Assembly: GCA_041655735.1 (NCBI GenBank)
Contig: JBBAEV010000002.1
Location: 1 to 54,592, forward strand
DNA from: Bacilli bacterium
GTDB lineage: Bacteria > Bacillota_I > Bacilli_A > RF39 > UBA660
Direction: 5' to 3'
Length of the DNA: 54,592 bases
This document shows positions 1-7,781 of the stretch, piece after piece. Positions within the stretch are counted from its first letter, which is position 1; each line of letters opens with the position of its first letter. Under the pieces are notes generated by a model. That model had not been told where the DNA came from and ran no database searches. It worked only from the letters and a program-made list of their open reading frames with translations. Position numbers and translations under genes: made by a program.

Positions 1-9
1 TTATGTCTA

Positions 10-18
10 TGTTATAAT
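10..18 (+). promoter_or_regulatory. extended -10 element TGTTATAAT upstream of mutS
   Basis: TGTTATAAT read directly at 10-18, 26 nt before the mutS ATG. The same 9-mer recurs upstream of many genes in this window. Confidence 0.5.
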
Positions 19-44
19 ACTTTATATGAGTGTAGGTGTTTTAT

Positions 45-2594
45 ATGAAAAGAAGTGAAGTAGATATTAATAAAATTACTCCTATGATGAAACAATATCT
101 AGAGATAAAAGAAAACTATGAAGATGTTATCTTATTTTTTCGTTTGGGAGATTTTTATGAAATGTTTTTTGAAGATGGGGAAATTGCCTCTCGTGAATTA
201 GAAATAGCTTTAACTGGTAAAAACGCAGGATTAGATGAAAGAATACCAATGTGTGGTATTCCTTATCATGCTGCTAATGTATATATAGATAAGTTAATTG
301 AAAAAGGCTATAAAGTAGGTATTTGTGAACAAATAGAAGATCCTAAAGATGCAAAAGGGATTGTAAAAAGAGATGTTATTCAAATAATTACTGCGGGTAC
401 TGTTATGAATACTGATTCTTTAAAGGAAAATGAAAACAATTTTATAGGTAATATTGTTGATTTTAAACATGCTTATGGTATTAGTTATACTGATATATCA
501 ACCGGTGAATTTAATTGCTTATTAGTTGATCACAATAATACTAAAATAACTACAGAGATATTAAGTTTAGGTATTAAAGAATTAATTGTAACGCCTAATG
601 TTGATATTAAGATAATAGATTTATTAAAGAATCATTTTAGTATTCAAGTTACTATTTATGATAATTTCGATGAAAATAATGAATATAAACATTTATATGA
701 ACATTTAGAAGATATTCGTTATATAAAAACTATTAATCATCTATTATCTTATTTATTAGAGACTCAAAAAAGAAGGCTTACGCATCTTCAAAAAGTAAAT
801 ATAAAAGAGGATAAAAATTATTTAAAGATGGATATTCATACAAAAAGGAATCTAGAACTTACTGAGACAACCAGATTAAAACAAAGAAATTATTCATTAT
901 TATGGCTTTTAGATAAGACAAAAACCGCAATGGGGTCTAGAATGCTTAAAAAATGGATTGAAAATCCATTAATAGATATAAAAGAAATAAACAATAGATA
1001 TGATATCGTAGAAACATTGTTAAATGAATTCATTTTAAAAGAAGAATTAAAAGAATTATTAGAAAGAGTATATGATTTAGAAAGACTAAGTGCAAAAGTA
1101 GCTTATGGTAATGCCAATGCTAGAGATTTACTTCAATTAAACCAATCTATATCAGTGTTTCCTGAAATAAATAAAATATTAAAGAGTTTAAAACACAAAA
1201 AAAAGGTAGAAGAATTAACTAAGTTATTAATTCTATTAGAAGATAGCATTTATGAAAATCCTCCAATTGGCTTAAAAGAAGGATATATAATAAAAGAAGG
1301 ATATAATAAAGATCTTGATGAATTAAAAGAGGCTCGTAAAGGTGGGAAAGACTTTATATCAAAATTAGAAAAAAGGGAAAAAGAAAAAACCGGTATTAAA
1401 AACTTAAAAGTAGGATTTAATAAAGTATTTGGGTACTATATTGAAATAAGCAAAGGAAACTTATCATTAATTAATGATAGTACTGGCTATATTAGGAAAC
1501 AAACTTTAGCTAATTGTGAAAGATTTATAACTGAAGAGTTAAAAGAAAAAGAGGATCTTATTTTAGGCGCTGAAGAAAAGATAATTAATTTAGAATATAA
1601 TTTATTTATTGAAATAAGAGATGAAGTAAAAAAATATATATCTATATTACAAGATAATGCTAAAGTTATCTCAGAAATAGATATTTTATGTTCTTTCGCA
1701 ACCGTTACGGAAACTAATAATTATATAAGACCTAAGCTTATAGAAGAAAGAAAAATAGATATAAAAGATAATAGGCATCCAGTTGTAGAAAAAGTAATGA
1801 CTGAAGAATTTGTTTCTAATAATGTTATTATGGATGAAAAAACTAATATACTATTAATAACAGGACCTAATATGGCAGGTAAATCAACATATATGAGACA
1901 GCTCGCAATAACTATTATTATGGCACAAATAGGTTGTTTTGTACCCGCTTCTAAAGCCACTTTAACTATCTTTGACAAAATATTTACAAGAATTGGTGCA
2001 AGTGATGATTTAGTTAGTGGAGAATCAACCTTTATGGTAGAAATGACAGAGGCTAATTATGCAATTTTAAATGCAACCCCCAATAGTTTAATTCTATTTG
2101 ATGAATTAGGAAGAGGAACCGCAACTTATGATGGTATGGCTTTAGCCTATGCGATAATTGAATATATTCATGAAAATATCAAATGTAAAACACTATTTTC
2201 AACCCATTATCATGAATTGACTGAACTAGGGGAAAATCTTACTAACCTAAAAAACATCCATGTCAGTGCTTATGAAGAAGATGGTGATATCACTTTTCTT
2301 CATAAAATAGAAGAAGGTTCTGTTGATAAAAGTTATGGCATTCATGTCGCTAAACTTGCTAATCTACCAATTTCATTAATAAAAAGGGCTAATCAAATAT
2401 TAAAAGTATATGAAAACAAAGGCAATAAAAGAGAAAAAAGCATTCAAATATCTATTCCTTTTGAAGAAAAAACAAAATTAGATGATAGTAATATTATAAA
2501 GGAGTTAAAAAAAATAAACCCATTAGAAATAACTCCATTAGAGGCATTAAATAAATTGTATGAATTAAAAGAAGTAGTAGAGGAGGTGAATTAA
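45..2594 (+). CDS. mutS: DNA mismatch repair protein MutS
   Basis: Track ORF 36..2594. Motifs GDFYEMF (mismatch-binding), Walker A GPNMAGKST, DELGRGT and STHYHEL. The ATG at 45 follows GTAGGTG; the GTG at 36 is probably not the start. Confidence 0.95.
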   Translation: MKRSEVDINKITPMMKQYLEIKENYEDVILFFRLGDFYEMFFEDGEIASRELEIALTGKNAGLDERIPMCGIPYHAANVYIDKLIEKGYKVGICEQIEDPKDAKGIVKRDVIQIITAGTVMNTDSLKENENNFIGNIVDFKHAYGISYTDISTGEFNCLLVDHNNTKITTEILSLGIKELIVTPNVDIKIIDLLKNHFSIQVTIYDNFDENNEYKHLYEHLEDIRYIKTINHLLSYLLETQKRRLTHLQKVNIKEDKNYLKMDIHTKRNLELTETTRLKQRNYSLLWLLDKTKTAMGSRMLKKWIENPLIDIKEINNRYDIVETLLNEFILKEELKELLERVYDLERLSAKVAYGNANARDLLQLNQSISVFPEINKILKSLKHKKKVEELTKLLILLEDSIYENPPIGLKEGYIIKEGYNKDLDELKEARKGGKDFISKLEKREKEKTGIKNLKVGFNKVFGYYIEISKGNLSLINDSTGYIRKQTLANCERFITEELKEKEDLILGAEEKIINLEYNLFIEIRDEVKKYISILQDNAKVISEIDILCSFATVTETNNYIRPKLIEERKIDIKDNRHPVVEKVMTEEFVSNNVIMDEKTNILLITGPNMAGKSTYMRQLAITIIMAQIGCFVPASKATLTIFDKIFTRIGASDDLVSGESTFMVEMTEANYAILNATPNSLILFDELGRGTATYDGMALAYAIIEYIHENIKCKTLFSTHYHELTELGENLTNLKNIHVSAYEEDGDITFLHKIEEGSVDKSYGIHVAKLANLPISLIKRANQILKVYENKGNKREKSIQISIPFEEKTKLDDSNIIKELKKINPLEITPLEALNKLYELKEVVEEVN

Positions 2595-2986
2595 TGGATG
2601 TATTAAAAAAAGAAAATTGGTGGATATGGTTACTTTTATATGTTTTTGCGGGAAGCGTTCCTACGTATGTGTTGGGTGCTCTTTTAGGTGTTTATAAAAA
2701 AGATGCATGGTATGCTAAATGGCAAAACTGGTTAATAGGTTTTTTGTTCTTCATTTTTCCTGTAATAATTATGTTTACTGTTTTTAGTATTCAAATAACC
2801 ATAGAAGTAGCCAAAAAATTAAAAGTTCCAAATGAAGGCTTATATGCAAATCCTACTATTTGGATATTAGGATTTATAATTCCTATCATTGGATGGTTAG
2901 GACTTGGAATATTATCAATATATATAATTATCTACATATTAATTAATTTATATAATGGTAAAGGTGAAAAATATATAAAAGATTAG
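2594..2986 (+). CDS. small polytopic membrane protein of unknown function, start overlaps mutS stop (TAATG)
   Basis: 130 aa with about four hydrophobic helices (WWIWLLLYVFAGSV, LIGFLFFIFPVIIMFTVF, IWILGFIIPIIGWLGLGILSIYIIIYILI). A hairpin terminator follows immediately. Confidence 0.6.
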   Translation: MDVLKKENWWIWLLLYVFAGSVPTYVLGALLGVYKKDAWYAKWQNWLIGFLFFIFPVIIMFTVFSIQITIEVAKKLKVPNEGLYANPTIWILGFIIPIIGWLGLGILSIYIIIYILINLYNGKGEKYIKD

Positions 2987-3002
2987 GAAACTAATCTTTT
3001 TT
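2977..3002 (+). terminator. intrinsic terminator after the mutS-coupled membrane gene
   Basis: AAAAGATTAG-GAAA-CTAATCTTTT, a perfect 10-bp stem followed by a T-run. Confidence 0.75.
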
Positions 3003-3090
3003 ATTAAATTGTGGTAAAAACAACAAATTTGGTTGAAATAAAATATAATTTATGATAACATATCTTTTCATTAAGGAGATGTATTATGTG

Positions 3091-3572
3091 ATGAACCAAC
3101 ATTATAATAGATTCAAAGAATATAAAAATTTAAAACCCGAGTCTAATCAAGAAGAAAACTATTACAAGAAAGATACAATGCAGGACTTGAATTAGGAAGG
3201 AAAAGAGAAGCAAAGCGTATAGCAAAAGAAAAAGATTTTGAAATTCTTGAAATGAGAAGAAAAAGTTTTGAACAATATCTTTTAAATTGTGTTCCCAAAA
3301 GCGAAAGAAAGCGATTAATGAAACTATATAATACTTATTATTCTGGAATGTATATAAAGACTATGAATTTTTTTCAAGAATTAACAAAATGTAATAATGA
3401 TAATGGAATATTGGTTATTATAAGTGAATATAAAAAACACTTTGTTGAGGTATCAAATAATTTTAGTCCAAAAGGATTAGTTAGACATTATGATAATATA
3501 ATATCTATGTTTTCATTCGCATCAAATGAAGATGATAAAAAGAGAGAATATGGAAAATATGTATACAATTAA
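3091..3572 (+). pseudogene. possible frameshifted gene: 34-codon head ORF plus overlapping 106-aa tail ORF
   Basis: AAGGAG at 3073-3078. An ATG at 3091 opens a frame that stops at 3193-3195. The frame of the 3252 ORF is already open from 3147, with no ATG before 3252. A one-nucleotide indel within 3147-3195 would fuse the two frames. Confidence 0.3.
3252..3572 (+). CDS. hypothetical protein (106 aa as tracked)
   Basis: ORF from the track with no recognisable motif. It ends 1 nt before a 16-bp perfect-stem terminator. Confidence 0.45.
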   Translation: MRRKSFEQYLLNCVPKSERKRLMKLYNTYYSGMYIKTMNFFQELTKCNNDNGILVIISEYKKHFVEVSNNFSPKGLVRHYDNIISMFSFASNEDDKKREYGKYVYN

Positions 3573-3608
3573 AAGATATAATGAATTAAATATTCATTAT
3601 ATCTTTTT
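3571..3608 (+). terminator. intrinsic terminator
   Basis: AAAAGATATAATGAAT-TAAAT-ATTCATTATATCTTTT, a 16-bp perfect stem followed by a T-run. Confidence 0.8.
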
Positions 3609-3615
3609 ATACTAT
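3589..3615. repeat. left copy of 27-bp direct repeat flanking the IS
   Basis: AATATTCATTATATCTTTTTATACTAT is identical to 4703-4729. It covers the 3' arm of the terminator hairpin. Confidence 0.85.
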
Positions 3616-4702
3616 GAACAATAGTCAATGATGTGAAACCAAAAAATTAAGAAGAGAAAGAAAGTAATTCAATCCTTTTTTGAATAGGAGTAAGAAAATT
3701 AAGAGTAAACATAGGAGTGTTGTTAGAGCGATTAAGATATAATTTAGCTTGATATCTAAGGTCATCTAAAGAATAAAATTTAAGGAATTCATAAAATCTT
3801 TTATTGTCATTTCTGTGAGATCTTTCAACTTTACCATTATGTCTAGGAGTTCTAGGTCTAATGGTTTGATGAAGAATATGTTCTTTGCGACAAAGAAGAG
3901 TAAATAAATGATCTTTATTGGTTTTATGATTAAAAGTAAATTCAAAACCATTATCAGTTTGAACGATTTCGGGTTTATAACTAAAATAATTAAAACAACG
4001 ATATAAGAAATCTATAGAATTATGAGAATTACGTTCTTCATAGTGATAAATAAATCTTTCTCTAGAAGCTTCATCAATACAGGTATATTGATAGAAATGA
4101 ATATCTTCAGGTAAAGAAGAAGCTTTACAGAAGTCAGGAACGTATTTAGTATCTATCTGCCATTTAATACCTATATTAGAAGGGGTATCATAGGGTTTGG
4201 GTTTATATTTGTTTTTAACGTATATTTGTTTTTTATAATAGCCTAATCGTTTCATAACACGATATAAAGAAACAGGATGCCTAGAATAACCTTTCTTAAT
4301 TCTAAGACTACCATATAGTTCAAGAAAAGTGAGGTTGGGAGATCTTCTTAGAAAATCAGATATCCACTTTAGTTCTAAAGGAGTATGAGAATTAGGATGA
4401 GGAGAGAGAGGTTTATGGGATTTATCTAATAAGGACTCTTTAGAAGCATCAAAACGATTATTCCATCTGGATAAAGAAGCTTTAGAGATATGATACTTAC
4501 GACAAATATAAGAAGATTTATAACCATTTCTATATAATTTAACAGCATTTAATCTAGTTTGAAATTCATGTGGTAAATAACGCGAATCATGTGATATAAT
4601 ATTCATGTGATTCAATCCTTTCTATATTGTTTTGGTTAATTCAATTATAAAGGTTGAATCACTTTTTGTATAGAAATCGTTTCACATCAATTGTATCGTA
4701 AC
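3616..4702 (-). mobile_element. IS481-family insertion sequence (about 1087 bp)
   Basis: A single transposase ORF. Imperfect terminal inverted repeats share the core TGATGTGAAAC (3629-3639) / GTTTCACATCA (4679-4689), each 13 nt from the element end. The element is flanked by a 27-bp direct repeat. Confidence 0.75.
3647..4606 (-). CDS. IS481-type DDE transposase (HTH + rve integrase core)
   Basis: N-terminal HTH (YICRKYHISKASLSRWNNRF). DDE core WQIDTKYV ... VQTDNGFEF ... RPRTPRHNGKVERSHR, the IS481-like signature. The track start at 4615 is a TTG directly abutting the SD AAAGGA, so the ATG at 4606 is more likely. Confidence 0.85.
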   Translation of the reverse strand: MNIISHDSRYLPHEFQTRLNAVKLYRNGYKSSYICRKYHISKASLSRWNNRFDASKESLLDKSHKPLSPHPNSHTPLELKWISDFLRRSPNLTFLELYGSLRIKKGYSRHPVSLYRVMKRLGYYKKQIYVKNKYKPKPYDTPSNIGIKWQIDTKYVPDFCKASSLPEDIHFYQYTCIDEASRERFIYHYEERNSHNSIDFLYRCFNYFSYKPEIVQTDNGFEFTFNHKTNKDHLFTLLCRKEHILHQTIRPRTPRHNGKVERSHRNDNKRFYEFLKFYSLDDLRYQAKLYLNRSNNTPMFTLNFLTPIQKRIELLSFSS

Positions 4703-4729
4703 AATATTCATTATATCTTTTTATACTAT
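4703..4729. repeat. right copy of 27-bp direct repeat flanking the IS
   Basis: Identical to 3589-3615. Confidence 0.85.
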
Positions 4730-4748
4730 TCCTATATAATCTTATACA

Positions 4749-4757
4749 TGTTATAAT
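4749..4757 (+). promoter_or_regulatory. extended -10 TGTTATAAT for mutL
   Basis: TGTTATAAT lies 15 nt upstream of the ATG. GGTGGT (SD) begins only 7 nt after the -10. Confidence 0.55.
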
Positions 4758-4772
4758 ATAATTGGTGGTAAT

Positions 4773-6485
4773 ATGAGACTAATTAAAGTAATGGATCAAA
4801 TGTTAGCCAATAAAATTGCAGCTGGAGAAGTAGTAGAAAAATGTGCTTCTGTAGTTAAAGAATTAGTAGAAAATAGTATAGATGCAGGTAGTACTGAAAT
4901 AAAAATAGAATTAGAAGAAGCAGGTACAAAGAGAATAAAAGTAACTGATAATGGTAGTGGTATGGATAGAGATGATGCAATACTTGCTTTTTATAGACAT
5001 GCAACTAGTAAAATAATTAATGAAAACGATTTATATCATATTAGTACTTTAGGATTTAGAGGGGAAGCTTTACCTTCTATTGCGTCTGTTAGTGAGATTA
5101 CATTAAAAACAAGTACTGGATCAATAGGTACTATTGTTGAACTACAAGGTGGTAAAATAATTAACACTAAAAATGGCGATGCTAGAAGAGGTACTATTAT
5201 ATCAGTAGATAATCTTTTTTATAATACTCCCGCTCGTTTAAAATATATGAATAGTTTATATAGTGAACTTGCTAGTGTTACTGATTATGTAAACAAAATA
5301 GCGTTATCTCGTCCTGATATTAAAATAACTTTAAAAAATAATGACAAAGTATTATTAAACACTGATGGTAGTAATAATTTGTTGAAAGTTATTATGGATA
5401 TATATGGTGTTGAAGTAGCAAAAAAAATGATTAAATTAATAGGTAAAAATGATGATTTTAGAATATATGGTTATGTCTCATATCCTGAAATAACTAGATC
5501 AAATCGTAATCATATTACTTTGATTGTAAATAAAAGAGTAGTTAGAAATTATGAAATCATTAAAACTATTAATGATGCTTATCATACATATAAGTCAGAA
5601 GATAGGTACCCAATAGTAGTATTAAATATAGAAGTAGATTCTTCTTTATTAGATGTTAATATTCATCCGGCTAAATTAGAAGTGAAATTTAGTAAAATAG
5701 AAAGTCTTAAATCATTAATAACAGAAAATATAGAAAAATTATTAACTACTGAATCATTAATACCAGAAATAAAAGAAGAAGCCCCTAAAAACTATGAAGA
5801 AATTTCTTTTAACTTGGGTAGAGAGACGGTAAGAGAAGAAACAATGGTGTTTTCTGCTCCTATCAATAAAGAAAAAGAAATAAAAGAAGAAGAAAATAAA
5901 GAAAGATTTCCTGAATTATATCCAATTGGTAGTATTCATGGGACATATATTGTTTGTCAAAATGAAGATGGTATGTATATTCTTGATCAACATGCCGCTA
6001 AAGAAAGAATAAACTACGAAAAATATACGAAAGAACTATCAATTGCAAGAAACGAATCAAAAGAGATGCTAATTCCTATAACAATAGAATTTCCTAAAAA
6101 TGAATATATTATATTAAAAGAGAATTTAGATATATTAAAAGAACTTAATTTTGAAGTAGAAGAGTTTGGAATAAATACTTTAATAGTAAAAGCTCATCCA
6201 TTTTGGCTTCCTATTGGTTATGAAGAACAAGCAATTCGTCGTATTATGGAAATAGTAATAGATAAAGAAGATTTTGATTTAAGTAAGTTTAATGAAAAGA
6301 TTGCGACTACTTTAAGTTGTAAGCTATCAGTAAAGGCAAATGAATATATTTCTATTGAAGAAATGGAAAAATTAATCAATGATTTAAAAATATGTAATAA
6401 TCCATTTACTTGCCCTCACGGAAGACCTACAGTGATTTATTATTCAACATATGAACTTGAAAAAATGTTTAAAAGAGTAATGTGA
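4773..6485 (+). CDS. mutL: DNA mismatch repair protein MutL
   Basis: GHKL ATPase motifs AAGEVVE, DNGSGM and GFRGEAL. C-terminal endonuclease-region motif FTCPHGRP. Confidence 0.95.
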   Translation: MRLIKVMDQMLANKIAAGEVVEKCASVVKELVENSIDAGSTEIKIELEEAGTKRIKVTDNGSGMDRDDAILAFYRHATSKIINENDLYHISTLGFRGEALPSIASVSEITLKTSTGSIGTIVELQGGKIINTKNGDARRGTIISVDNLFYNTPARLKYMNSLYSELASVTDYVNKIALSRPDIKITLKNNDKVLLNTDGSNNLLKVIMDIYGVEVAKKMIKLIGKNDDFRIYGYVSYPEITRSNRNHITLIVNKRVVRNYEIIKTINDAYHTYKSEDRYPIVVLNIEVDSSLLDVNIHPAKLEVKFSKIESLKSLITENIEKLLTTESLIPEIKEEAPKNYEEISFNLGRETVREETMVFSAPINKEKEIKEEENKERFPELYPIGSIHGTYIVCQNEDGMYILDQHAAKERINYEKYTKELSIARNESKEMLIPITIEFPKNEYIILKENLDILKELNFEVEEFGINTLIVKAHPFWLPIGYEEQAIRRIMEIVIDKEDFDLSKFNEKIATTLSCKLSVKANEYISIEEMEKLINDLKICNNPFTCPHGRPTVIYYSTYELEKMFKRVM

Positions 6486-6486
6486 T

Positions 6487-6515
6487 TTGACAAATTATGG
6501 TAAAAGTATTAGTAT
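6487..6515 (+). promoter_or_regulatory. sigmaA-type promoter TTGACA-17-TAGTAT for the 88-aa orphan
   Basis: TTGACA at 6487-6492, a 17-nt spacer, and TAGTAT at 6510-6515. A GGGAGG SD follows. Confidence 0.55.
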
Positions 6516-6545
6516 AATAATTCTTATAGGGAGGATAGAATAGAA

Positions 6546-6812
6546 ATGTCATATTCTGATGATAGAACAAGTGCTAATACGGCAGCACTACAAAAAGTTG
6601 CTGATACAGTAATATCCGAAGGAGTAAACCAAAGACTTCATGATTGTGCTACTAGAGATATTACCTCAAGTAATGGATTTATTAATCTTTTAACCAATGG
6701 TGTTGAATACATTGCTGAAGGAATATTGTTTTGGTTGGGATTATATAATCCTGCTGAAGAAGAAAAAGGTAAAGAATACCAATATACTGATAGAAATAAG
6801 CCTAGATATTAA
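6546..6812 (+). CDS. hypothetical 88-aa protein, stand-alone transcription unit
   Basis: Strong SD GGGAGG, with its own promoter and terminator. No recognisable motif. One hydrophobic stretch is present (AEGILFWLGLY). Confidence 0.55.
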   Translation: MSYSDDRTSANTAALQKVADTVISEGVNQRLHDCATRDITSSNGFINLLTNGVEYIAEGILFWLGLYNPAEEEKGKEYQYTDRNKPRY

Positions 6813-6826
6813 TGTCTAGGTTTTTT
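6801..6826 (+). terminator. intrinsic terminator overlapping the stop codon
   Basis: CCTAGA-TATTAATG-TCTAGG followed by TTTTTT. Confidence 0.65.
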
Positions 6827-6860
6827 CTTTGTTTTATAGTAGAATAAAAGAGGTGATATT

Positions 6861-7748
6861 ATGAATAAAATAATAGTGATAACAGGTCCTACTGGAGTAG
6901 GCAAGACTAAACTTAGTATAGATCTTGCAAAAGAATTAAATGGAGAAATTATTAATGCGGATAGTACTCAAGTATATAAGGAATTAAATATAGGTACAGC
7001 TAAAATAACAAAAGAAGAAATGGAAAATATTTCCCACCATTTAATTGATATAAAAAAACCCAACGAAACATATACTGTGTATGATTATCAGAAAGATGGT
7101 AGAGAAACAATTTCTGATATATTAAATAGGAATAAAACCCCTATTGTAGTGGGAGGAAGTGGATTATATATAAAAGCACTTCTTTATAACTATGAATTTA
7201 ACAAAGAAAAACAATCAATAACGTATGAAAAATATGCTCTTGAAGATTTATATAATAAATTAAAAGCAATAGATCCTGATACTGATATCGCAAAAAACAA
7301 TCGAAAAAGAATAGAAAGAGCATTAACTTTTTACAATGAAAATGGTTTCCCTATTTCTATGAAAGAAGGAAAAGATGAATTGTTATATGATGTTATATTT
7401 ATTGGTCTTACTGCCGATAGAAAGGTATTATATAATCGTATTAAAAGAAAAACAGAATTAATGTTTGAACAAGGGCTTCTTAATGAAGTAAAATCTTTAT
7501 ACGATAGAAAAATAAATAGTCCTATTATTAATTCGGCTATTGGATACAAAGAATTATATGAATATTTTAATGGTAATTATACTTTAGAGGAAGCCATTAT
7601 TAATATAAAAAATAATTCTACCAATTATGCTAAAAGGCAATATACATGGTTTAATAATCAAATGAATATAAAGTGGTTTGACGTTGATTTTAATAATTTT
7701 GATAATACTATAAAAGCAGTTTTGTGTTATATAAAGGAAAAAAATTAA
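6861..7748 (+). CDS. miaA: tRNA dimethylallyltransferase
   Basis: P-loop GPTGVGKT, the DSTQVYKELNIGTAK motif, and a MiaA-typical length of 295 aa. Confidence 0.93.
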   Translation: MNKIIVITGPTGVGKTKLSIDLAKELNGEIINADSTQVYKELNIGTAKITKEEMENISHHLIDIKKPNETYTVYDYQKDGRETISDILNRNKTPIVVGGSGLYIKALLYNYEFNKEKQSITYEKYALEDLYNKLKAIDPDTDIAKNNRKRIERALTFYNENGFPISMKEGKDELLYDVIFIGLTADRKVLYNRIKRKTELMFEQGLLNEVKSLYDRKINSPIINSAIGYKELYEYFNGNYTLEEAIINIKNNSTNYAKRQYTWFNNQMNIKWFDVDFNNFDNTIKAVLCYIKEKN

Positions 7749-7781
7749 GGAAAGGTGTTATAATTTATTATAGGTGGTAAT

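Noticed and set aside
1721-1978. Many minus-strand or alternate-frame ORFs of 60-126 aa in the track lie wholly inside long genes. Their start coordinates are 1721, 3766, 7331, 7793, 8045, 9983, 11205, 12168, 15236, 17735, 19022, 19159, 19720, 25717, 26691, 28058, 30505, 31818, 32248, 33159, 34024, 37014, 37248, 41916, 42238, 43183, 47483, 48570, 52156 and 52632.
   Set aside because: Each is embedded antisense or out of frame within a gene that has strong motif support. They have no SD or promoter, and their low-complexity I/L/F/S-rich translations are typical of AT-rich antisense frames.
3589-4729. The 27-bp direct repeats, considered as attL/attR of an integrated prophage or integrative island.
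   Set aside because: The enclosed segment is only 1.1 kb. It encodes a single DDE transposase with inverted-repeat ends, so it is an IS and not an integrase-bearing island.
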